Of a stretch of DNA of 52,387 bases, positions 9,192-17,544 are shown one piece after another. The notes beneath the pieces are model-generated. The model ran no database searches. It saw nothing but the letters and a program-made list of their open reading frames with translations, and was not told the origin of the DNA. Each line of letters opens with the position of its first letter. The stretch's first letter is position 1. The stretch is taken from contig DUEC01000014.1 in NCBI GenBank assembly GCA_011176635.1, positions 1 through 52,387 of the forward strand. Reading direction: 5' to 3'. A program made the translations under genes and the position numbers. The DNA is from Dehalococcoidia bacterium. GTDB lineage: Bacteria; Chloroflexota; Dehalococcoidia; Dehalococcoidales; BS750m-G39.

Positions 9192-10295
9192 ATGAAAGGG
9201 AAAGCCTCCGCCATTGTTGCCCTGCTAGCTCTTCTGGTGCTAATCGTCACCCTGGTGACCATAGCAAACACCGAGTCAGCCATGGCCCAACCTGTTCTGG
9301 ATACCTGGCAGGTAATTCCCACGCCACCTGATGTAATGTGGAGCCCGGCGCCAGCCACCACCGGTTCATTGATAGATGTAGCTCTTGAGGATAGCACCAC
9401 TCTATATTGTGCTATCGGTTCTAATGTATATACGAGCACCGATAATGGCGCGACTTGGTCATCTGCAGATGCCGGCGTTGACACCATCTTTATGATAGCT
9501 ATGGCACCCGCCTACCCCAATATTCCTGTGGCGGGGCATGTCCTCGTCGGTGGTACTGAAGGCCTTGCCTCCTATTCTACTGATGGCGGGGCTAACTTCA
9601 CGTCACTCCCGCCGCTGCCCGCTGGCGGTAATGTCCAGATGGCGGCTGACACAGACTATGCCACCAACAACACTATCTATGCCGGCAGCAGCAACGGCAA
9701 TGTCTACCGGTGGGTTATCGAGACGAGTACTGATTGGGAGGAGATTAACACCACCATAGCCAATGTCAGCGGGCTGGTTGTTTGCTGCGGGAACCTGTAT
9801 GCCGCCGACGCCACCCCCACTGGCGGCGTATACCGAACGTATAACCCCACAGCCGCCACGCCCGAATGGGAACACCTCACCAACGGCCTTTCCGGCGGAG
9901 AGACTTTTAACCGGGTACCAAGTGCCCTTAGATGCTCTGCTACCGGTGATGGTTATGTTACCCTGTTTGCCATCGATACCGCTAACAATGTTCTTTATGA
10001 ATATATTGAGGCGCCAACGGGTGTGCTATGGCCCCGGATAATTCCACCAATTATCATTATTGCAGGTGGTGTAGGGTTTCTCGTGAAAAAATTACTCGAC
10101 AACAGAGCTAAAAAAATCGTCAGGCAGAAAATCAAGACACGTCTCCGCAAGGGTGCCGGTACTCAGCAAATCAGAGCAGAGAAGCCCATCAAGATAGATT
10201 TTGAAATACGCTTGAGGCCGGTCTCAGACCCCGGCAAGCAAGACATTGAAACAGAAGGTCCTTTAATCACTGATGAAGAGGGGGAGAAACCATGA
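9192..10295 (+). CDS. Membrane-anchored extracytoplasmic Asp-box (BNR) beta-propeller-like protein with basic cytoplasmic tail
   Basis: N-terminal signal/anchor (ASAIVALLALLVLIVTLV), Asp-boxes STDNGATWS and STDGGANFT, a C-terminal TM (IIPPIIIIAGGVGFLV), then a K/R-rich tail. ATG 9192 is preferred over the TTG at 9171. Confidence 0.6.
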   Translation: MKGKASAIVALLALLVLIVTLVTIANTESAMAQPVLDTWQVIPTPPDVMWSPAPATTGSLIDVALEDSTTLYCAIGSNVYTSTDNGATWSSADAGVDTIFMIAMAPAYPNIPVAGHVLVGGTEGLASYSTDGGANFTSLPPLPAGGNVQMAADTDYATNNTIYAGSSNGNVYRWVIETSTDWEEINTTIANVSGLVVCCGNLYAADATPTGGVYRTYNPTAATPEWEHLTNGLSGGETFNRVPSALRCSATGDGYVTLFAIDTANNVLYEYIEAPTGVLWPRIIPPIIIIAGGVGFLVKKLLDNRAKKIVRQKIKTRLRKGAGTQQIRAEKPIKIDFEIRLRPVSDPGKQDIETEGPLITDEEGEKP

Positions 10296-10885
10296 GCGAC
10301 TCACAGATTACCCTAAACCAGTTCTTCTCTCCAGAAAAGAAATTATCGCCTGAACAATTGTCCTCTCTAGAATCGAATAAGAAAGTGTCCTCGCTGAAAG
10401 AGAAGATTTGGAAAGAGACCAAGGTCAAAGGGCCCCTGGTACTCGATTTAATCATCAAGAAGACCGCAGAAATATTAGACATCGGCATCCTGGATATCAT
10501 GGTGAAGGCCTGGAATAAATACAAAATTCTCCTCAAATATCTGGATAAGGAAAAGTATCCTCCGGGTGAAACCTTCTTAGTTCCTCTGGCTGAACATACC
10601 ATCAAATCAGAACACCGTCCTTCCATAGAGATACTGATAAACGACCAACCTGCCGGCAAGATTGAGTTCAGCATCTCTATTTCTATCATGCTCGAAGGTG
10701 TAATCTTGAAAATCCAGGACGGAAAGATTAAGGGGATAACCACGGGGACCTGTAAAGGGAAGGGGGCATTCGCGTGTGAAAATGTTGTACTCCTGGAGAA
10801 GAAAACGGCCTCAATTCCTTTGCCGGGCTCAATCGACCTCGGCGAAGGCATACCTATACCTTCTCCGACCAAGCAACGCGGCTAA
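10292..10885 (+). CDS. Hypothetical protein (197 aa), translationally coupled to the propeller protein
   Basis: ATGA stop/start overlap at 10292-10295. I recognise no motif. The gene is AT-rich. Confidence 0.5.
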   Translation: MSDSQITLNQFFSPEKKLSPEQLSSLESNKKVSSLKEKIWKETKVKGPLVLDLIIKKTAEILDIGILDIMVKAWNKYKILLKYLDKEKYPPGETFLVPLAEHTIKSEHRPSIEILINDQPAGKIEFSISISIMLEGVILKIQDGKIKGITTGTCKGKGAFACENVVLLEKKTASIPLPGSIDLGEGIPIPSPTKQRG

Positions 10886-11013
10886 TCCCAGTCCTTACAC
10901 TCAATAAGGATATCAAAACAAAAAAGTTAACCGACACAAAATAGAGATTGAAAAAAGAAACCAGGGGGGTACGACTTAAGAAATCTATCCCTTTATGCTC
11001 TTTTAGAAACGTG

Positions 11014-13161
11014 CTAATGACCTTGGACTAAAACAAATCCTCTGCTTACCAAGTCCTTTAAGAAATTTACACACCCTGCTTCGGTACCGTCGAGTGATAT
11101 GTGATAGCTTTTTGCTAACTTGGACGCAATTTGATGAACGTTAGCCTTGCCATTGCAAAGTTCAAGGATATCCTTTGCCGACGATGTTATTGAAATCATC
11201 TTACCATCATTAAAGTTATAAACTACATACGTTTCCTCTGGAAGAACCTCGGTATCAACTCCTCGATTTATATTCTCTTGAATTTCCAATAAGTCGAAGT
11301 GGACTGTATTATAAGTCACCCCGTCTTTTAACCTTGGTACTGTATCGAACCATATTCCTTCCTGAGTCGAAGTCATGGATTTGTCCCCATCGGGGCTCTT
11401 CTCACTGATGAGTGACAGATTATTGATTCCATACCGGGAGAGATATAGGAGTAGATGCTCACGGTACAAACTTCCCCAGACTTTGAAGTTGCCATACTCA
11501 TCAGCTATCCGTTCTAAGAAAGCTTTGTATATTTCGCTCGCTTTTTCGTTGTTCAGCCCCGTGTTTACATCATAGTTATACCAAAGTTGAAAATCCTTAT
11601 TTTCATCTATCTGAATGCGACTGATTCCATATTGCTCTGGATGCTTTCTCGCTGGCGAATATTTCCCCAGAGTGAAAACACTGACGCCAACAGAATGGAT
11701 AATGTCCTTGTTGGAAAGTGCGAAATCTATGGTCTCTTGAGCTTCCTCTTCTATCTCTGTTGGGAAGCCAAAAAACAAGAAAGCGTGGTTCCATATTCCA
11801 GCTTTAGAGCTGTTCTTACACACTTCTGTGATGGTCTGTTTATCTATCCCCTTTTTCATCAAAGCCAAAACTCTATCGCATCCAGATTCTAAGCCGAATA
11901 AAAGCATTTTGAACCCGGCTTCGGCAATTTTACAGCAAAGAGCTGGTGTAAACTGGCGTTCGAACCTCGCATCGGCAAGACATTGGATATCTAACTTCCT
12001 TTCGATGATTTTTTCTGAGAGACTTTTGAAAACATTCGGTGCTATTGCCTCGTCAGAAAATGCAAAGTGACTAGTTCTGTACTTTTTAGACAGCTCCTGT
12101 AAATCATCGACTACTCTTTCACTGTGTCTAGGAACATATCTTTTGCCATAAATATAGCTGTGATCACAAAATGCGCACTTTCCCCAATAACAGCCTCTAC
12201 AGGACATGATTGGCAGAATTGGCTCGGGCGAGAAGTATAGATTCAAAGGGAAATCATCAAAACATGGGGTAGGCAGGGAATTTATGTCCTCTGGAGAACC
12301 AGGCTCGTTGACACATACTTCTGTTCCGTCATAATAGATCAGGTTGGGGACGGTACTTAGACTTTTTCCATCAGCGAGACATTTTGCAAGTTCTGATAAT
12401 GGACGCTCTCCTTCATATACAATGACACTATCAAGAAATGTTGAAAATAATTTCTTCACTTGTGGCAAAATGTCAGTCAAACGGGTAAAAATGCTTCCAC
12501 CGACCACAACATGGGCTTTACAGTTTGAGCGCTTAAGCAAGCGTGCCAAGGTTAGTCCAGGAATAATTTGCGAAATACCAACGATAGAGAGTCCTATAAT
12601 ATCTGGATTTTCCCGAAAAATATACGGTAGCAAATTATTCTCATAAATTTCAATGAATGGATTTTTTGCCCTATCCAGTGTAGCTTTTATGACATCACTC
12701 GATGATTTGTAAGAGTAATTCATTTCAAACGAAGTAAAACCTAGTTTTGTGGGGTAATATGCCACTGAGACTAGGGCGAGGGCTTGATTTACGATGCTTT
12801 GACTTCCAGAAAGTTTGGGGAAATTGTAGAAATTTTGCTTACTTCGAAATACCTTCTTTGCTCCATCAATCTCTTTAATTACTTGCGGAGCAAATGCCAT
12901 GACACAAAACAGAGTCTCATAATATTTTTGTTCAGCAGCGGATAACTTTACTTTCGAATCTAGCTTATCGAAATTATGGGATACTCGCTTGTACATTCTC
13001 CTTAAGTATTGCTTCGTCAAAATGATGTCGTAAGCCTCAACATTGAAATCCTTTTGAATTACATTATGACCCTCAGATTGCAAATAACTTGTCAACGAAG
13101 GCAAACTTAGGTACGGCTGAGTTGGCAGCCACTGTGGTGGGAAAATAAGCAGAATTTTCAA
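11014..13161 (-). CDS. Cobalamin-binding-domain (class B-like) radical SAM enzyme with C-terminal PqqD-like peptide-recognition (RRE) domain
   Basis: N-terminus KILLIFPP..IIGLSIVG..VVVGG (B12-binding-like), cluster motif CRGCYWGKCAFC, C-terminus AKDILELCNGKANVHQIASKLAKSY..GCVNFLKDLVSRGFVL (PqqD-like). TTG 13161 sits 7 nt after AAGGAGG; GTG 13167 is an alternative start. Confidence 0.8.
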   Translation of the reverse strand: MKILLIFPPQWLPTQPYLSLPSLTSYLQSEGHNVIQKDFNVEAYDIILTKQYLRRMYKRVSHNFDKLDSKVKLSAAEQKYYETLFCVMAFAPQVIKEIDGAKKVFRSKQNFYNFPKLSGSQSIVNQALALVSVAYYPTKLGFTSFEMNYSYKSSSDVIKATLDRAKNPFIEIYENNLLPYIFRENPDIIGLSIVGISQIIPGLTLARLLKRSNCKAHVVVGGSIFTRLTDILPQVKKLFSTFLDSVIVYEGERPLSELAKCLADGKSLSTVPNLIYYDGTEVCVNEPGSPEDINSLPTPCFDDFPLNLYFSPEPILPIMSCRGCYWGKCAFCDHSYIYGKRYVPRHSERVVDDLQELSKKYRTSHFAFSDEAIAPNVFKSLSEKIIERKLDIQCLADARFERQFTPALCCKIAEAGFKMLLFGLESGCDRVLALMKKGIDKQTITEVCKNSSKAGIWNHAFLFFGFPTEIEEEAQETIDFALSNKDIIHSVGVSVFTLGKYSPARKHPEQYGISRIQIDENKDFQLWYNYDVNTGLNNEKASEIYKAFLERIADEYGNFKVWGSLYREHLLLYLSRYGINNLSLISEKSPDGDKSMTSTQEGIWFDTVPRLKDGVTYNTVHFDLLEIQENINRGVDTEVLPEETYVVYNFNDGKMISITSSAKDILELCNGKANVHQIASKLAKSYHISLDGTEAGCVNFLKDLVSRGFVLVQGH

Positions 13162-13221
13162 AGGCACCGCCTCCTTACCTTGCTGCTAAAAAAGAACAAT
13201 TATCAACTTAAACGGGAGAAA

Positions 13222-13253
13222 GGGCGCTCCGAACCTCTATCTTCGGAGCGCCC
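13222..13253 (-). terminator. Strong hairpin (12-bp perfect stem, 8-nt loop) between peptide gene and radical SAM gene; likely partial terminator/attenuator
   Basis: Minus strand reads GGGCGCTCCGAA-gatagagg-TTCGGAGCGCCC followed by TTTCTCCCGTTT. It lies ~50 nt after the peptide stop codon. Confidence 0.6.
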
Positions 13254-13303
13254 ACGAAGTTGGTCAAGAACTTATCATACTAGTATTGGTTGTGGTTCTT
13301 ACT

Positions 13304-13495
13304 TCACCCTTCTTTCTTTTCGGGTTGAAGAATGTTGTTCTGCCCGCCGTTGATGTTATTTGCGGCAGCTAGCATTGCTTCCATCCCAGGGATTGCTCCA
13401 ATAGCCTCTTTCAGCACCGCCGGTGCAAATACCTTTAAAGCTTCTACCGCCTTTCTAACTTCCGCACTGCCAACTCCTCTTTTTCTCATCACCAT
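13304..13495 (-). CDS. 63-aa candidate precursor peptide (MVMRKRGVGSAEVRKAVEALKVFAPAVLKEAIGAIPGMEAMLAAANNINGGQNNILQPEKKEG)
   Basis: AGGAGG lies 8 nt upstream of ATG 13495. The gene is directly upstream of, and co-directional with, the rSAM/RRE gene. The N-terminus looks helical and a GG motif sits 12 residues from the C-terminus. Confidence 0.55.
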   Translation of the reverse strand: MVMRKRGVGSAEVRKAVEALKVFAPAVLKEAIGAIPGMEAMLAAANNINGGQNNILQPEKKEG

Positions 13496-13520
13496 AATTA
13501 TCACCTCCTTTCTGTTTTTA

Positions 13521-13582
13521 GTTTGTCAGGTGTCCAAATATATAGCACTTTTATTGCTATCTGTCAACACTCTGGGGAAAAC
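13521..13582 (-). promoter_or_regulatory. Promoter plus conserved leader, copy B (-35 TTGACA 13562-13567, 17-nt spacer, -10 TATATA 13539-13544, minus strand)
   Basis: It is an inverted copy of 9118-9179 (53/62 identical) and sits upstream of the peptide gene. Confidence 0.6.
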
Positions 13583-13776
13583 GTTTGCCAGGCTAGGCAA
13601 TAAACGGGTAAGGCGAGACCGCTTCAGAAGGCTTTCAACAAAACATTGTTTTGTGGCCTGGAATCACATCGGTTGCTCTTAAGCCGTGTGGCAATGTCTT
13701 GGCTAGAATAGGCTTATCTAAAGCCGTGTTGGAGAGCGATAACGACTACTGGATGCGGGCGGACGCTCCCGGCTTA

Positions 13777-13795
13777 ATGGTGGGCGGTACTGGAC
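13777..13795. repeat. 19-bp direct repeat = orphan copy of the tRNA-Val 3' end (distal att-like site)
   Basis: ATGGTGGGCGGTACTGGAC is identical to 35288-35306. The flanks do not form a tRNA: the T-loop sequence is absent. Confidence 0.7.
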
Positions 13796-13852
13796 GATAG
13801 ACAGAACTTTTGAGTCGGCTTTTAGTCTTACTATAAGCACCGTCTTTCTACC

Positions 13853-13880
13853 TTGATATCAGGCTGGAAACTAGTATAAT
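13853..13880 (+). promoter_or_regulatory. Candidate sigma70-type promoter of the first AOR gene (TTGATA-16-TATAAT)
   Basis: -35 at 13853-13858 and -10 at 13875-13880, ~40 nt upstream of ATG 13920. Confidence 0.4.
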
Positions 13881-13919
13881 GCTAGTATGCTTAAGAATAG
13901 TGAGAAAGGGACCTAAGAA

Positions 13920-15728
13920 ATGACGGCAGGGTATATGGGAAAGCTATTATTCGTTGATCTTTCCACAGGGGAGATGAAAGAGGAAACACCTGACCAGAGC
14001 CTCTATCGAGATTTCATCGGTGGCTATGGCCTTGGGGCCAGGGTTCTTTACCGCCATCAGAAGGGTGGGGTAGACCCGCTGGGAGTGGAGAATACGCTTG
14101 GCCTGGTTACCGGCCCGCTCACCGGTACTCCGGCACCCTTTGGTTGCCGATACGCCGCTGTAGCCAAATCGCCACTCACTGGCGGGTGGGGAGATGCCAA
14201 TTGCGGGGGGGATTTCGGCCCCAACCTCAGGTTTGCCGGCTATGATGGCGTGTTTTTTAGCGGTATTTCGGAAAAGCCGGTTTACCTCTTTATTGATAAT
14301 GGCAAGGCCCGGTTAAGAGAGGCGGCCCACCTCTGGGGAAAGGTTACCTTTGAAACTGATGACAGGCTGCAGGATGAACACGGCAAAGCGGCCAAAGTTG
14401 TCAGCATCGGGCCGGCTGGGGAAAAACTGTCTCTTGTCTCCTGTCTTATGAACAACAGAGTAGATGCTGCCGGGCGCTCTGGTTTAGGGGCGGTAATGGG
14501 CTCCAAAAAGCTCAAGGCGGTGGTGGTGAAGGGAGAGGGGAAGGTCCCCGTAGCCGATATCAAGGCGGCCGATGATTTAAGAAAAGAGCATATAGCCGAG
14601 ATGAAGGCTCGCCCCTTCCTTGAGGATTTCCACAGGTACGGCACCAGCAGCCACACCGCCGAGTCAGCCCACAGCGGCGATACACCGGTTAAGAACTGGG
14701 GCGGCGTTGGCGTCATTGACCTGCCCGATGTCTCGGCTCTTGAAAAGGAAGTGACCGACGCCATGGTGGAGAGCAGAACCGGCTGCTGGCGTTGTCCGGC
14801 GGCTTGCAAGGGCAGACTAAAGGAGGGAGCCGGCGAGTATAAGTACCCGGCCGGTATTCACCGACCAGAATATGAGACCCAGGCCGCCTTCGGAACCATA
14901 TGCCTCAACAATAACAGCGAGGCAATAGCCATGGCCGGCTACATCTGCGACGGCTACGGGCTGGATACTATCTCCACCGGTACTATCATCGCCTTTGCCA
15001 TGGAATGCTATGAGCATGGTCTTATTACCAAGGCGGATACCGACGGACTAGAGCTAACCTGGGGCAATCACCAGGCTATGATCGCCATGCTCGAGAAGAT
15101 TGCCCGGCGGGAGGGCTTCGGTGACGTCCTCGCCGACGGGGTAAAGGTAGCCGCCGAGAAAATCGGCAAGGGAGCCGAGGAATACGCGGTTCATATCGGG
15201 GGGCAGGAACTGGGGATGCACGACCCCAGATTTGACTTCCCGCCCTTTGCTGGTATACCGGCAGCCGCCAGGTACCAGATGGATGCTACCCCCGGCCGAC
15301 ACACCGCTGGTTTTGGGCCCAGCCAATTTCAGGGTTACGTTGTCAATGCCAGTGGGCTTTGCCTGCACAGCAATCTGGCGGTGGCTGACCCCAACAAGTA
15401 CCTGGTGGCATTCATGAGCGCCGTGACCGGCTGGGACCGCTCCCTCAATGAACTGCTCGAGTGCGGTGAGAGGATTGGCAATATGAGGCACGTCTTTAAC
15501 CTCCGCGAAGGTATCAATCCTCTGGAGCTCAAGGTACACGGCAGAATAATCGGGCGGCCTCCTCAGAAAGAAGGGCCACTGGCCGGGGTATCAGCAGATA
15601 TCAAGGCCCAGGACTACTGGAACCTCGGCGCCCTTGATTGGGACCGGCAAACAACCAAACCTAGCCAGAGAAAGCTGCTGGAATTGGGTTTAGATGATAT
15701 AGCCCGTGAGCTCTGGCCGCCTAAATAA
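13920..15728 (+). CDS. aor: Aldehyde:ferredoxin oxidoreductase (tungsten/molybdopterin AOR family), copy 1
   Basis: AFOR_N-like N-terminus (GGYGLGARVLY, SPLTGGWGDANCGG), Fe-S motif CWRCPAAC, 602 aa. Confidence 0.85.
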   Translation: MTAGYMGKLLFVDLSTGEMKEETPDQSLYRDFIGGYGLGARVLYRHQKGGVDPLGVENTLGLVTGPLTGTPAPFGCRYAAVAKSPLTGGWGDANCGGDFGPNLRFAGYDGVFFSGISEKPVYLFIDNGKARLREAAHLWGKVTFETDDRLQDEHGKAAKVVSIGPAGEKLSLVSCLMNNRVDAAGRSGLGAVMGSKKLKAVVVKGEGKVPVADIKAADDLRKEHIAEMKARPFLEDFHRYGTSSHTAESAHSGDTPVKNWGGVGVIDLPDVSALEKEVTDAMVESRTGCWRCPAACKGRLKEGAGEYKYPAGIHRPEYETQAAFGTICLNNNSEAIAMAGYICDGYGLDTISTGTIIAFAMECYEHGLITKADTDGLELTWGNHQAMIAMLEKIARREGFGDVLADGVKVAAEKIGKGAEEYAVHIGGQELGMHDPRFDFPPFAGIPAAARYQMDATPGRHTAGFGPSQFQGYVVNASGLCLHSNLAVADPNKYLVAFMSAVTGWDRSLNELLECGERIGNMRHVFNLREGINPLELKVHGRIIGRPPQKEGPLAGVSADIKAQDYWNLGALDWDRQTTKPSQRKLLELGLDDIARELWPPK

Positions 15729-15759
15729 CATTAACCAGCATAAATGGGAGCATCAGGCT

Positions 15760-16041
15760 ATGTTTAGATGCGTCGTGGAGATGTTCGGCCTACCGGCTGA
15801 GATAACCGAGCTGCGGGAGGTGGAGGTCGAGTTAGAAAACGGGGCGACCTTAAGAGATGTTGTTGCCGCCATAAGAAGAAAAATCCCGGCGCTGGAGGGA
15901 ACGGCTATCCGTATCGGGGAAGACCAGCTGGTGGAGAATTACAAATTCAATGTCAACGGGCACTTTTACTATGACGACATGGGTCTTAAAATCAAGAGCG
16001 GCGACCGCATCGCCCTGCTTGTCCCCATTACCGGCGGCTGA
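15760..16041 (+). CDS. MoaD/ThiS-family small sulfur-carrier-like protein (C-terminal GG)
   Basis: 93 aa ending ...LLVPITGG. ATG 15760 has a GGGAG SD; the upstream part of the track ORF overlaps the AOR gene. Confidence 0.6.
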   Translation: MFRCVVEMFGLPAEITELREVEVELENGATLRDVVAAIRRKIPALEGTAIRIGEDQLVENYKFNVNGHFYYDDMGLKIKSGDRIALLVPITGG

Positions 16042-16098
16042 ACTGTCTTACCTCCACTGGCTATCTGGAGGCGTCTCTTCCCCAGCCGGTGGCGCTGT

Positions 16099-17544
16099 CT
16101 AAAGAACTTTGGAAAAGCCAGATCTTACCTGAAACGGCTCGGCTATACATAGGTACTGGTCTTTAGCCGCTTCCCAGGCCGGCCACTCTACCAGGCCCTC
16201 CACATTGGGGTCTCCCGTTTTAGCAAACTGTGCCCACATCGCCATCATCGCTTCGGAGACCTTTCTATCTATATGGGTAAGGCCTGGGTCTGGTGATTTA
16301 GCCCCGGACGGGCCGGCGAGAAAATATACTATAAGCCAGTTACCAGAGGTGTTATCCCAGTCGCCGAAAACGTAGCCAAGTTCCATGGCATGGGTAGAGA
16401 CACAACCTGCCTGCTTCCATTTGCTCGGAACATGGTCGAAGATGCAGGCATATCCTCTGGCACCAGCCTTGCTCACCGCGGAGAGCATATCAACATAATC
16501 CGAAATTAAAGAGGGGAACACCAATACCCCGGGGCCGGCCAACTCCCCGAGGTTGGCACACACGATGAGGGGGGCGGTATTCTGTTTGCCTGTCTTGAAG
16601 ATGATGGTTGGCGTATCAGGCAGGAACCAGCCGTCCACCGCTGCTTCCCAAAGACCGCCTGGCCCGAACATAGCCAACTCCCTCATCATGGTGTTATCAG
16701 CTTCTATAATTTCCTCCCAGGGTAGGGAGCGAGCCGCCGCCAGCGGGTCTTTCTCCTTATCGACGCCGAGTTTGGCGAAGAATTTCTCCCCCATAGCTTC
16801 CAGCTCTTTTAGGGGTTTACCGGGCATGAACAACCCCACCGATGTCCCGCTCTCGCAGACGGCGCGGTGGAAAAGCCCCTTGGCTAAGGGTGAAGCCATT
16901 AAATTAGCAACCTTAGCCCCGCCCCCGGACTCGCCAAAGATGGTGACATTTTTGGGATCGCCGCCAAAGGCGGCGATGTTCCTCTGCACCCAGTGGAGAG
17001 AAGCCAGTATATCCAGTAACATGTAGTTACCGGAAACACCCTGGGGTGATTCTTTGGAAAGTAGGGGGTGAGCCAGAAGACCTATGCTGTTAAGCCTCAT
17101 GTTAACGTTAACTATCACGACGCCGTAGCCGGGTAGGCGGGGGACATTGGTGAGCGGGTCACTGGCACTACCCAGCTGGTAGCCACCGCCATGCAGCCAG
17201 ACCATTACCGGTAATTTGTCCGTGGTCTTTTTCGCCGGCGTCAGGATGTTCAGGTAAAGGCAGTCTTCGCTTGACGGCAAGATTTGGGGAAAAGGAGGTA
17301 AATCACCCAGCGCGGCCTGCGGGGCTATTTTTTTGAATTCGGTGCATTGGCGAGTTCCCGACCAGTGAGCAACCGGTTGCGGTGGCCACCAGCGCAACTC
17401 TCCTAGCGGCGGGGCAGCATACGGGATGCCGCGATAGATACGTACCTCTTGGCCGGGCTCACCAATCACCGCCCCGGAAACATGTCCCGCCTCTGTCTTC
17501 ACCGGCTTACTTATCAAGTGATTTATAGAAATCCTCCTTCTCAT
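16099..17544 (-). CDS. Type-B carboxylesterase/lipase family hydrolase
   Basis: VMVWLHGGGY oxyanion region and nucleophile elbow GESGGG. The start is uncertain: ATG 17544 overlaps the crotonase gene by 38 nt, and TTG 17517 or GTG 17502 are alternatives. Confidence 0.75.
   Translation of the reverse strand: MRRRISINHLISKPVKTEAGHVSGAVIGEPGQEVRIYRGIPYAAPPLGELRWWPPQPVAHWSGTRQCTEFKKIAPQAALGDLPPFPQILPSSEDCLYLNILTPAKKTTDKLPVMVWLHGGGYQLGSASDPLTNVPRLPGYGVVIVNVNMRLNSIGLLAHPLLSKESPQGVSGNYMLLDILASLHWVQRNIAAFGGDPKNVTIFGESGGGAKVANLMASPLAKGLFHRAVCESGTSVGLFMPGKPLKELEAMGEKFFAKLGVDKEKDPLAAARSLPWEEIIEADNTMMRELAMFGPGGLWEAAVDGWFLPDTPTIIFKTGKQNTAPLIVCANLGELAGPGVLVFPSLISDYVDMLSAVSKAGARGYACIFDHVPSKWKQAGCVSTHAMELGYVFGDWDNTSGNWLIVYFLAGPSGAKSPDPGLTHIDRKVSEAMMAMWAQFAKTGDPNVEGLVEWPAWEAAKDQYLCIAEPFQVRSGFSKVL

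Noticed and set aside
9118-13582. Interpreting the 62-bp inverted repeats purely as transposon terminal inverted repeats
   Set aside because: No transposase lies between them. Each copy contains a complete -35/-10 promoter correctly placed and oriented for the adjacent gene. I kept the mobile-cassette reading only as an alternative in the finding.
13332-13682. 116-aa plus-strand ORF overlapping the candidate precursor peptide and its promoter
   Set aside because: It has no SD and a hydrophobic, low-complexity translation. It runs antisense through a well-signalled small gene and through the duplicated promoter sequence.
16042-16098. Hairpin CCTCCA-n9-TGGAGG between the convergent MoaD-like and esterase genes
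   Set aside because: The 6-bp stem has a large loop and no T-run, so I cannot tell it apart from chance.
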